Source: Octopus vulgaris
Lineage: Eukaryota
Assembly: GCA_951406725.2 (NCBI GenBank)
Contig: OX597814.1
Coordinates: 24,676,001-24,740,000, forward strand
Direction: 5' to 3'
Length of the DNA: 64,000 nt
Under the pieces are notes generated by a model. The model was not told the DNA's origin and did not search any database. It worked only from the letters and a program-made list of their open reading frames with translations. Position numbers and translations under genes: made by a program. Of the stretch, positions 1-11,780 are shown piece after piece (within the stretch, counting starts at the first letter, position 1; every line of letters begins with the position of its first letter).

Positions 1-313
1 GTTTTAAATAAGATGTTACTATTGTTAATATCATCTGTGGATAAAATTTGAAATTGAAGGTATCAACAGTAGTAACAGAGGTAGTTTGCAAGCAAATAGC
101 ATTCTTTAGCTATAATATACAAAATTATCACAAAGCATAAGGATGCAGAAAAGCATCATTTCTAGCAGGTTGATGCTTTTCTACATCCTTATGCTTCGTA
201 CTAATTTTATAGTGCTATTTGCCTGTGAACCACCTATGTTACTACTGTTGATACCCTCAATTTAAAATTTTATCCACAGATGATATTAACAATAGTAACA
301 TCCTATTTAAAAC
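1..313. mobile_element. Palindromic MITE-like element; left part runs off the window, right arm probably resumes after SINEs to ~1035
   Basis: 1-158 is an imperfect reverse complement of 171-313 (gttttaaataagatgttactattgttaatatcatctgtggataaaattt / aaattttatccacagatgatattaacaatagtaacatcctatttaaaac); short loop near 159-170. Confidence 0.75.
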
Positions 314-316
314 CTT

Positions 317-432
317 AGACACCAATAGAATAAGTACTGGGCTTACAAAAGAATAAGTCCCTGGGTCGAGTTGCTCGATTAAAGGCGGTGCTCCAGCATG
401 GCCGCAGTCAAATGACTGAAACAAGTAAAAAA
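317..432 (+). mobile_element. 3' fragment of tRNA-derived SINE family A
   Basis: Matches the 3' third of 464-853 (ataagtactgggcttacaaa...gcatggccgcagtcaaatgactgaaacaagtaaaa). Confidence 0.85.
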
Positions 433-463
433 AAGAAAGAGAAAAAAAGAGATAAAACAGATA

Positions 464-853
464 GGTGCAGGAGTGGTTGTGTGGTAAGTAGCTTGCTTAT
501 CAACCACATGGTTCCGGGTTCAGTCCAACTGTGTGGCACCTTGGGCAAGTGTCTTCTACTATAGCTTTGGGCTGACCAAAGCCTTGTGAGTGAATTTGGT
601 AGATGGAAACTGAAAGGAGCCTGTCGTATATATGTATATATATGTGTGTGTGTTTGTGTGTCTGTGTTTGTCCCCCCAACATCACTTGACAACCGATGCT
701 GGTGTGTTTACGTCCCCATAACTTGGTGGTTTGGCAAAAGAGACCAATAGAATAAGTACTAGGCTTACAAAGAATAAGTCCTGGAGTCGTTTTGTTCAAC
801 TAAAGGCGGTGCTCTAGCATGGCCGCAGTCAAATAACTGAAACAAGTAAAAGA
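464..853 (+). mobile_element. tRNA-derived SINE family A, full length
   Basis: Pol III A-box-like tggttgtgtggtaag, B-box-like gggttcagtcc, ccttgggcaagt body motif, internal (TA)/(TG)n and an A-rich tail; many copies in the window. Confidence 0.9.
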
Positions 854-1692
854 GATGATATTAACAATAGTAACATATTCTTTAAGATCTTAGTGTTTGA
901 ATGTTTTGTTCAGAAATATGTCTGCACCATGTGCTGTGTTTTTGGCACAAAACAAGACCAGTACACTAACGGACATATAACGTGATAGACTGAATTTTTA
1001 CCAGGTGATCTACACTGAAGGTGCTCAAGGATTAAATTTCCAAAAGCTGAAATTTGGGTATGTAGATATCCCAAATATCATGATATTTTATATGTGAGCT
1101 TTTGAATATATTAATTCGTTTCGCTTCCTTGCCTTCTATTATTTCTCTGTTTTCTTGGTGCTTTACATTGGTTTACTTCCAAGGCCTCAGGTTTTATTTC
1201 AGGGATTTCCTTCTCCTAGGTTAATTACCAACCTAGGTTAAAGAGCTTCAACCTGCCCATGAAGTAAGCTATCCCATTCCAGACACCAAACCAATGCTCA
1301 AACACTCTATAAAGTGATCAAATATCACTCCGGTGACTGATGCAGAGTAGTTCATTCATCCCCCCCAAAAAATAATAAAAAGGTACTATATGTGATTTTC
1401 AAATCTAAATAAGAATTAAATATAAATGATATATATAGATATGAAATTTTAAAAGATATGCAATAAATATAATTAAATATGTATATAAAATAAAAATATA
1501 CATATACATACATATAAAAAAAGGTATGATGTGTGAATAAGAATTGAATATAAATAATATATATAAACAAAGTAAAATATATGAAATTGAAAAAAAAGTA
1601 AGATTTAAATATAAATAATATATACATAAAAGCAAAAATATACATATATATACATATAAGAATAAAAAGATATATACATATTTATAGACATT

Positions 1693-1888
1693 TTCTTGAA
1701 TAGCTGTTGACTGCTCATGAGTTCCTCCACCCTTTGACAGGTCTTATTCTTCATCCCACAGAGTGTCCAACAATACCCTCCTCACCAAGCAAGCCTGGTG
1801 GGGTTGCCAGTTTAGTTGCTGACGACCCAACCATGCAACAAGTTGTACTGGATTACATGTTACCAGTAGCACTCGAGCAACCTGACAT
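1693..1888 (-). mobile_element. Family D (RTE 5'UTR-like) fragment
   Basis: Reverse complement is homologous to 8003-8200 (gagtgctactg.taacatgtaa..cagtacaac, gcttgcttggtgaggaggg). Confidence 0.75.
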
Positions 1889-2952
1889 TACACATCCATC
1901 GGAGCATGCTGGCTTCATTCCTTGCAAGCTTACACATATCCTCAGCAGTCACAGCCCATGTTTCACTGCCATGTAGCATGGCTGTTATGACGCATGTCTA
2001 CAAACAGCCATGCTACATGGCAGTGAAACATGAGCTATGACTGCTGAGGATATGCATAAGTTCGCAAGGAATGAAGCCAGTATGCTCCGATGGATGTGTA
2101 ATGTCAGTGTACATACTCGACAGAGTGTAAGTACCTTGAGAGAAAAGTTGGACCTAAGAAGCATCAGTTGTGGTGTGCAAGAGAGACGATTGCACTGGTA
2201 TGGTCATGTGGTGAGAATGGATGAGGATAGCTGTGTGAAAAAGTGCCACACTCTAGTGGCTGAGGGAACCTGCGGAAAAGGTAGACCCAGGAAAACCTGG
2301 GATGAGGTGGTGAAGCACAGCCTTCAAACATTAGGCCTCACCGAGGCAATGACTAGTGACTGAGACCTTTGGAAATATGCTGTGCCTGAGAAGACCCAGC
2401 AAGACAATGAGACCATAACCCATGGCCTTTACCAGGGCTGTAGCCAGCCCACTTATGCATACCTTTCCCTTGGACACAAAACTCTGCTTGCGAAGACCTG
2501 TTGGGGCAAGTGAAATCGAAATCGAACTAAATTCGACTGGCACCCATGCCAACCTTCCTTCATTGAACACTAAACTCTGCTTGCGAAGATCTGTTGGGGC
2601 AAGTGAAATCGAAATTGAACCAAATACGATGACTGGCACCTGTGCCAGTGGAGCGCTAACAGCTCCATCCGAGCGGGATCACTGCCAGAGCAGCTATCTG
2701 GCTTCCATGCCAGTGGCACGTAAAAAGTACCATTTGACCATGATCGTTACCTGCATTGCCTTACTGGCATTTGTGCTGGTGGCACATAAAAGCACCCACT
2801 ACACTCTTGGAGTGGTTGGCATTAGGAAGGACATCCAGCTGTAGAAACTCTGCCAGATCAGATTGGAGCCTGGTGCAGCCATCTGGTTCACCAGTCAAAT
2901 TGTCCAGCCGATGCTAGCATGGAAAGCAGACATTAAATGATGATGATGATGA
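1882..2952 (+). mobile_element. 5'-truncated RTE-clade LINE with a 5' inverted duplication
   Basis: ORF 2037-2363 (...SMLRWMCNV...ERRLHWYGHVVRM...GRPRKTW) is an RTE ORF2 C-terminus; 3'UTR tandem repeats and (GAT)n tail; 1882-1986 is an inverted copy of 2003-2107. Confidence 0.9.
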
Positions 2953-3024
2953 TATATATATATATGTATGTATTTATGTATGTATACATGTATACATATT
3001 TAGATATATATATATATATACATA

Positions 3025-3055
<31 letters not shown>

Positions 3056-3059
3056 ACAC

Positions 3060-3109
<50 letters not shown>

Positions 3110-4372
3110 CACATATATATATATACATATATATACACAGTCATTTATGTGATTTATGTGCAACAAGGCTGTCAGAAAATATGCACATTGGCAAGACAAT
3201 TCCCAATAAACTGGTGCATTGAACAAAAATATCTCGTAGTAATTATAGTACCTGAGTTGCACGCATAATTCCTTGTCACTCTTGCAACCAGAAATGCAGT
3301 GAACCAGTGATAGGTCCATTGGAAACTTAATACCAATGGTACTATCATCCACAATTGTATAATATAAAATGAAAGAAGCAATAAATAATAGATACTCTAT
3401 TGTGATGTTAAGTTCTTGGCAAGTCTATTTTGTAATGTGGTTTTTATTCCAAGATGGAATGGAACTGTTTCAATTAATCTATGTTGCTAATATACTTGGA
3501 AAAAGAATGAAACATTTTCATTACCCCTCTGTGAAATGCCAATTATTACCTATGTAAGAAACAAAACAGAGCCTAAAATTGAAATTGCTACTGTGTCAGT
3601 CAATGATAATAACAATGTCAGCAACACAGAACATTATCAATTTTACATATACTTTTTTTCTAGAGCCGTATGAGACGAATTGACCAGCAGTGATGTCTTT
3701 CTCCATCCTTAATTGGTTTTTCTGCTAGCCTGAATCATCTATGGTTTACCTCATTCTTGACTGCTTTCAAACATCAATTCCTTGTTGCCAACACTTCTTT
3801 ATTGTGAAGCAATCAGTATGCGAAAGGAAGAAAATAATAATTATTATTATTTAAACCAAAATAAAAAAAGAGAAGGGAAGCAAAAATACTAAGAATTAGG
3901 AGGCAGAAATAACTTTAAGGAGGGGGTTAGATGATTACTGAGGAAATGGTTGGTTCTTAACCTCCGAAGCTGGGTTAATAATCTAAGAAATGCAAGTATG
4001 TGTTCTGTTATATAACAGTTTTGTTAGTAGTGTTTAATTCAGTGCAGACTATTGCTGTGGCTAACCAATATTTATTCATTATCTGAAAGTAATCTTCTGG
4101 CTTAAACAAAATCTGCCACTTTACAAGGATTTGAAGTGGTTTAGTCATTGAATATCGAGCAGTGAATTTTCAAAACTCAGTTCTGCAAAGTTGACAGAAA
4201 CTGTTAAACATTAAGTTTTAGGTAATTGTCTCTTAAGAAACAAATTTATCTTATTTGAGAATGTGTATTTGAAAGTAATTACTATTTAAATCAGTTCTGG
4301 CAGTTAATGTGAAAAGTTTACAAAATTTTGAATTTTTGCTTTTCACACTCAAGATGAAAGTCATCATCATAA

Positions 4373-4583
4373 AAGCCAATAAGGGAGTCTCTAAGTGGTT
4401 ACTCAAACTTCTAGAAATAGCAAGCAAATCTCCCTCAAATGACACACCACCATCTTAAAGAATAATATGAAGGAGAATTAGACCCTAATATACATACAAA
4501 AAAAGGGAATGCCCTAAAGTGAAAGGACTTTTCTGAGTTCTGCTGCCATAATAGTTAACTTGGAACTAAGCAACAACAACAAC
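4373..4583 (+). repeat. Interspersed repeat family E (SINE-like, (CAA)n tail)
   Basis: ctagaaatagcaagcaaatctccctcaaat motif recurs at ~5640, ~60095 and reversed at ~41750 and ~59900; ends aacaacaacaac. Confidence 0.6.
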
Positions 4584-5142
4584 TATAAGGTTGTTGTCCA
4601 TATCAGTTTCCTCTTTGTCCTAGAGATTATCTTATACTATTCAGTACACTGAGTACCTTTAGAAGCTGCTATTTGCAAGCTTGTCCTTCAAGAACGACTA
4701 GCTTTCATCAGTTGCATCAACTGAGTTAGTCCACCAGCTTAGATGATGCTATGGATGTGTGAAATATAAAAGAATGGATTTGAAGCTTTACATAAGAAAA
4801 TAATCAAGAAATAAAGTATTTATTTGAGGGTTAATATTCTAAAATCATTTAAACAAAATCACTTCACTCTCGTGGAAATGATTTAGTTTAAAAGAATGAA
4901 CTATTCTCATGGTCTTTGTAGGTATTTTCAGGCTGATGAGAATGATACTGCAATTTGACTTCGTTTCTAAAGATGTATTCCCTTTCTATTGCCAACAACT
5001 TTACACAGTGCACTGGGTGAATTTTCTCAAGGCACCAACTAAAGAGATGTTGAATGATTCTTGAATAGAGAGAACTAAGGTAACTTTACAACCCGACACT
5101 TTCTCTGCTCATTTCCCCTCTACTCTTTGTAGTGTGTGCTTA

Positions 5143-5521
5143 CACTACCGTCAGAAATTAATTAGCACCCTTGATTTGCTCTTCACTCAAGGTATGTGCT
5201 GTCACCTAGTGGCCATATCTCGAACTATTGCTTTGTTGCGAGTTCACTGTTGCGCAGAACGATGACGTAACTTTGTTTGCAGAGCAGTTTGAGAGTCTAC
5301 AGCCTTATGATGTTGACATAGCAGTGCAACAACAACTTGGAGTGCGGATGCAGACAAATCTTCCTTTGTTTAATAGATATAGGTAGCGCCTCGCAAGGAC
5401 CGAAATCACACCATACTAAGTTTTCTCATTGCGTAAGACGTTTTGAACAGCTCATAGGTTAATTGATTTAACCTATTTAATGTAGAAATTTAGAAGTGCT
5501 AATTAATTTCTGACGCAAGTG
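5143..5521. mobile_element. Tc1/mariner-type MITE
   Basis: TIRs cactaccgtcagaaattaattagcac / gtgctaattaatttctgacgcaagtg with TA on both flanks (5141-42, 5522-23); no ORF. Confidence 0.85.
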
Positions 5522-6460
5522 TATTACAGATATTCCTGTTATGAACATCTAAACGATAAAAAACAGTTTCTGTTCTAATTTGAACTGAGGTTATAAATAC
5601 ATTTGAATATCCAGTATGGTTTACTCTTCCCTCAACCTTCTGGAAATAGCAGCTAAATCTCCCTCAAATCAACTTTAAAAACGAAAGGTCATTATAGGTA
5701 ATGAGATCCTTGATTTATTATGCTTAAAAATATGTTGGAATGGTGGTCATGGTTGGAATTATCCATGATCATGTTTATGCAGACAAAAGAAAGACAAACT
5801 TTGAATTTCATAAATGAAATTAAATTATTTAAATGCAGGATTCTATAATTTATGCCACTCTATTGCATTAAGCCTATGAATTTGGAAACTAAAGCAGAGG
5901 CAGTTAAACCGATTCTAGTACTTAAACAGGGATCAATGTTTTCATGAACTTTGTACTGGTGGTGATCCAGTCAATCTACAGAGCTTTGTTGAATATCTTA
6001 TGAAGGAACAACACAGTCTCAGACTGAAGATGAATGATGCAGTATGTGAACTACTTGTTATTAACCATTATTCAATAGAAATTTTCAAGTGTCATCTTTC
6101 ATCAAACTTTGTCCATTGAACTAAAAACTGTTTGCTCCTGGGTACATCGTTAATCAAACATTGCTTTCTAATAGCAATCTCATCAAAGATGCATAGTTTA
6201 TAAACACTTCTTAATAATGTTGATGATGTAGAACAACATCAAACTTTTTATTCTTGAAAATATTCTTTTCTTTCCTTGATTTGTCTTTTGAGAAGCAGTA
6301 CTACTTTTAGGTTTGTTGTTTTTTAAATGATTTAAAACTATTTGCAAAATAAAAGCTACAGCAAGTATGTAATGTTGATTTGTCAAATGAACTTATTTGG
6401 CACAAAAAGCTTTACTATGGTGTTCTGGTATTCTGTGAGTTAGGAACCATTTATTGCCGA

Positions 6461-6887
6461 GGAGTAGGAGTGGCTGTGTGGTAAGTAGCTTGCCTACGAA
6501 CCACATGGTTCTGGATTCTGTCCCACTGTGTGGCACCTTGGACAAGTGTTTTCTACTATAGCCTCAGGCTGACCAAAGCCTTGTGAGCGGATTTGGTAGA
6601 CAGAAACTGAAAGAAGCCCGTCGTATATATGTGTGTGTGTATATATATATATAAATGTGTGTGTGTGTATGTTTGTGTGTTTGTGTTTGTCACCCCAACA
6701 TTACTTGACAATTGATGCTGGTGTGTTTACGTCCCTGTAACTTAGCGGTTCGGCAAAAGAGACTGATAGAATAAGTACCAGGCTTACAAAGAATAAGTCC
6801 TGGGGTCGAGTTGCTCTACTAAAGGCGGTGCTCCAGCATGGCCACAGTCAGATGACTGAAACAATTAAAAGAGTAAAAGAGTAAAGA
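6461..6887 (+). mobile_element. SINE family A, full length
   Basis: Colinear with 464-853; (aagagtaa)n tail. Confidence 0.9.
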
Positions 6888-7926
6888 GGGTGCTTCTTGG
6901 CATTCTCTCATGCTTGTTTGCCAGTAGAAAGTTGCATCTTCTGCATTAAAAGGAATTCTCATTCCTTCTGAGAGATACAGAAGGCTTTATAGGATGAAAA
7001 AGTCTGAAAAGGGTTATGAATTCAAATTCAGACAGAATATAGTAAAAGATTGGAACGAAGAATCAGCAGCTTACAGTTCTTTTTAAATGTAACAAAACTT
7101 GGTAAACTGTTGTATTTGTTAATGAAACAAAATTTTTTTCCATAAAATTGTTCCATCAGTTGTTTTATATAAATATACACAGGCTGGAAGCTACATCCAA
7201 GTGGACAGCAAACTTTAAAATGGAAATTGTACAGTTATTGATAGTCTGCTGTACATTTTGAGTAAAGCTTGCAGCATTGTAGTATTCACATTAAATAACT
7301 ATAAAGAAATATAATGGAAAATTGTGAGTTCATGTATTGTAAAAATGTAATTTTTTCTCTTCCAACCTAAGTAACTTCCAGCTTTTAGGAAATTTACTGA
7401 TTCTGAAATTCATGCTGAAATATCTGAAGTCATAAACTTTATTGTCTTGAATCAATCAAATTTTAGTATGTTCGCTTAAGCTGCTTTTATGTTCCTTTTG
7501 TTCCTTTAATTTGGATTTTTCTTATACTGATTCTTTTAAATCTATCCCATAAAGTTTTCCTTGGTTTTGTAATAATATGTTATAGCAGTCATTAAAGTAA
7601 GGAAACAGATTATAATTTGTGTCAAAATTATACAAAATATCTGCTGATTTAATATTTGTTATCTTCTCCCTATCAATTGTGGTTATAGAAAATACTAAAT
7701 GTCTTTCTCTCATCTTATAATTTTCATTTTAATAAAATAATATATTTGGGGTTTGAAATAGTTGATCATTAATTCCCTAGATTCATTGTGACATTTTCAT
7801 AATAAATGTAATCTCTTGTAATTATTGCCAATGCTCTGAGTCAATAAATTTGTCACTAAAATATATTTTGAATTTGTTGGTGTTTTCTCCATAAGTAAAA
7901 TTGTTTGTTATATTACCATTATTAAG

Positions 7927-7957
<31 letters not shown>

Positions 7958-8002
7958 TGTATGTATGTATGTATGTATGTATGTTTGTTTGTTTGTTTGT
8001 TT

Positions 8003-8685
8003 ATGTCAGGTCACTTTCGAGTGCTACTGATAACATGTAACTCAGTACAACCTGTTGCATGGTCGAGCCGTCAGCGACTAAACCGACAACCCCACCAAGC
8101 TTGCTTGGTGAGGAGGGTGCTTACTGGACACCCTGCGGGATGAAAAACAAAACCCGTCAAAGGGCGGAGGAACTCTTGGGAGTCAACGGCCATCCAATAA
8201 ATGTGTAATTTTTTTTTTTTCTTAAGGCTTAAGGGTGTATCATGCGTGGGGACATAGAAATAATTGGACTGAATACCCGATTATGCTTTTAAACCATTGG
8301 AAGTGAAGGACTCCTAGCCCTTGTTAAGGCATCCTTCTAGGAGAAGGTAACTCAGGTAACTGGGATAACTCCAACATAAAACCTGCGGCTCAGTGGTTAC
8401 TGATGATGTTGACTTGTTCTTCTTTTCGGATTATGGCTGTTGTTGCTTAGTGAGTGGGATTGACTCAGTGCACAGCCTTTCTTCACTTTAAAAAAAATCT
8501 TCCTGCACAGGCATTGCATGATAACAACATTGTTCATGATTGTTGATGGTGCTGTGAGTCTCAACTGAATGGCTGGCTGTAGCCTTAAAAAGCAAATAAA
8601 ATTCACATTCGATCACAGCACCAATAACAGTTAAGCCTCGTGCAATGGCCATACTCGATAACGAGGGGGTAGCCGTCATCATCAT
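8003..8685 (+). mobile_element. Family D: putative non-autonomous bipartite RTE-derived retroposon
   Basis: RTE 5'UTR-like motif ggcatccttctaggagaaggtaactc (8328-8353); 3' stem-loop ctcg-ataa-cgag followed by a (CAT)n tail; embedded in (TATG)n; homologues at 1693, 31851 and 61245. Confidence 0.6.
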
Positions 8686-9099
8686 GTATGTATGTATGTA
8701 TGTATGTATGTATGTATGTATATGTGTGTGCGTGTGTGTATGTATGTGTGTATGTATGTATTATAATAGAGTTAACCACTGCTGTACAGATTGAATACAC
8801 ACACAAACACACACATATATGTATATATATATATATATATATATACATATATATATACAAGAATACAAACCTACTCTCAACCGAAAGTCCGAATGGAATA
8901 ACATCCAGATCCCATTCAGAAGGACTATTCTATAACCACCCCCCTCTCTCTCTCCCTTTCACCTGTAGTCCTTACATGCAGGTTGCAATGCGTATGTGCA
9001 GTTATATACAACGGTATGAGCAGACGTTGTTTGATACGAACAGTTGCACCTAGGCGTTGTATCCATTCACGGTTAGACGATGATGAGAGGAACAAACAC

Positions 9100-9876
9100 A
9101 CCCCCACACACATATATATATATGTGTGTGCGTCTATACAAACATATATGTAAATATGTATACAACCTTCAGCAAAGTAACAGTCATGTACACAACTTGG
9201 ACGGACACATGCCAGTACACGGACATACGTTCACATACACATACACATGTACACACTCTCACGGACACATCTGTCCATTCTCCTAGACACTCACATACAT
9301 ACGTAGCACATGAATACAAACATACATACATACCTACGTATGGGCATACACACGTACATACGCACGTACATGTACACACACACATACATGGGCACATGCA
9401 TACGAGCGCGTATACATACATACGCACATGCGTACGTATGTACATACATACATACATACATACATACATACATACATACATACATACATACATACGCACA
9501 TACATACATACATACGAACAATAGTAAAACATTAGTTCTGTGATATAGAGATAAAAATCTGATAATAGATTTTAGGGTATAGTTCTTGTGAGCAAGCGTC
9601 ATAAATTCACTTTCTAGCCTCGGCCGTAGGGTGTTGAAATTTGATAGCGTTGTGATGAGTGGTCACTCTACATCCATCCATCGCTACAGGTTTATAACTT
9701 TATGTTTTATAGAGTGTATGTGCGTGCTTATACACATACATACATATATACATACATACATACATACATACATACATACATACATACATGCATACACAGG
9801 CGTAAGTGCGTACATGCATACGTACATACATACACACATGTATGCATACATACACACATACATACGTACATATATA
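9100..9876. repeat. Compound (TACA)n/(CA)n microsatellite tracts
   Basis: Directly visible simple repeats. Confidence 0.9.
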
Positions 9877-10105
9877 TGACGAACTAACTGTTACTTTCTT
9901 AGATGCAGCACGGACTTTGTCAGTGAACAGGTCGCGGATTTTAGCGACGAAAATATTTTGACAAATTAAACTTAAATGTTGGAGTGAATCGAACGGCTTT
10001 TGTGTGTTTCTTAAATGGCTTATAAACACCTTCCACGCTGCAATTGTTTTCATTTCAGCACACGATCTCAGATCAAATTACTTGCTATGCGAGTACATCT
10101 CCCTA
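9876..10105 (-). repeat. Possible DNA-transposon terminal fragment (minus strand begins TAGGGAGATGTACTCGC)
   Basis: CpG-rich island between microsatellites ending in ...tctcccta against (TA)n; no partner TIR seen. Confidence 0.35.
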
Positions 10106-10126
10106 TATATATATATATATATTTCT

Positions 10127-11365
10127 AAAGATAAACCCCTCTACACAAAAGATAAACCCCTCTACATAGCTTTTGTTGACTTGGAGAAAGCCTTTGACAG
10201 GATCCCCCGATCCCTTATCTGGTGGTCGATGCGGAAACTGGAGATTGATGAATGGCTAATAAGGGCTGTACAGGCCCTATACAGAGAGGCTGTCAGCAAG
10301 GTTAGGATTGGCAACGAATATAGTGAAGAATTCTGGGTAGAAGTAGGTGTACACCAAGGCTCAGCCCTCAGTCCCCTTTTATTCATCATAGTCCTCCAGG
10401 CAATAACAGAGGAATTCAAAACAGGTTGCCCCTGGGAGCTCCTCTATGCTGATGACCTGGCTCTCATAGCAGAATCACTACTGGAACTAGAAAAGAAATT
10501 TCGGGTGTGGAAACAAGGGTTAGAATCAAAGGGCCTTAGAGTAAATGTAGCAAAGACCAAAGTTATAGTAAGCAGAAAGGCAAACTCAGCACACACCCCT
10601 TCGGGCAGGTGGCCCTGCTCGATCTGTAGGAAAGGTGTAGGTAGAAACTCCATAAGATGTACCCAGTGTAAGCTATGGATGCATAAGAGGTGCAGCAACA
10701 TCAAAGGGAAATTAACTGATAAGATAGCTTTCATGTGCGGCAGATGCACAGGGACAATAGACACCACAAATACTCAGAAAACAGATTCCATCACACTCTA
10801 GGGGGAGAAACTAGAAGTAGTTGATATTTTCCGCTACCTGTGTGACTAAGTTAGTAGTGGAGGTGGATGCTCAGAGAGTGTCACCACTAGAATACGAATA
10901 GCCTGGGCAAAGTTTAGAAAGCTCCTACCCCTACTGGCGACAAAGGGTCTCTCACTCAGAGTGAAAGGTAGATTGTATGATGCATGTGTGTGAACTGCCA
11001 TGCTTCACGGTAGTGAAACATTGGCCATGACTGCAGAGGACATGCGTAGACTTGAAAGAAATGAAGCTAGCATGATCCGCTGGATGTGTAATGTCAGTGT
11101 GAATGCACGACAGAGTGGAAGCACCCTGAGAGAAATGCTAGACATAAGAAGCATCAGATGCGGTGTGCAAGAGTGACGCTTGCAATGTTATGGTCATGTA
11201 CTGCGGAATCAGGGGGAGAGGTAGACCCAGGAAGATATAGGATGAGGTAGTCAAGCATGAACTCAGAGTGTTGGGCCTCACTGAGGCAATGGCGAAGGAC
11301 CGAGATCTCTGGAGATGTGCTGTGACTGCAAAGACCCGGGATGCTTCTGGCACCAGTACCGCATA
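10127..11365 (+). pseudogene. RTE ORF2 reverse transcriptase remnant containing a PHD-like Zn finger; in-frame stops (e.g. 10799-10801) and an internal deletion near 11205
   Basis: ORF 10004-10801 translation; the frame continues GEKLEVVDIFRYL, RIRIAWAKFRKL, MIRWMCNV. Confidence 0.9.
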
Positions 11366-11487
11366 GCCCCTGCCCATTCAAAGTGCCTTGGATCCCAGAA
11401 CATCTCGCTGTGCTTGAGGAGACTTGTTGAGTCAAGTGCATGTACATGAACATCGAAACAAATATCAATGGAAATAGTAGTTGTGAT

Positions 11488-11780
11488 ACCTGTGCCGGTG
11501 GCACATAAAAAGCACCATCCGAACGTGTCCATTGCCAGCACTGCCTCAACTGGCTTCTGTGCCGGTGGCACATAAAAAGCACCATCTGAACGTGACCAAT
11601 GCCAGTGCCGCCTTGACTGGCTTCTGTGCCGGTGGCACATAAAATGCACCATCCGAACATGGCCGATGCCAGCACCGCCTTGGCTGGCTTCCATGCCGGT
11701 GGCACATTAAAAGCACCAACCAATCGTGGCCAATACCAGACCTCCCTGGCACTTGTGCAGGTGGCACGTAAAAAGCACCT
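11488..11780 (+). repeat. RTE 3'UTR minisatellite, ~5 units of ~60 bp
   Basis: Recurrent gccggtggcacataaaaagcaccatc. Confidence 0.9.

Noticed and set aside
408-799. Recurrent ORFs of the type ...VSIYQIHSQG...EDTCPRCH (also at 17108, 18268, 23417)
   Set aside because: Antisense translations of SINE family A
11488-11780. Regularly spaced ~25-bp motif resembling a CRISPR array
   Set aside because: The spacers are homologous to each other, the array lies in an RTE 3'UTR, and there are no cas genes in a eukaryotic context
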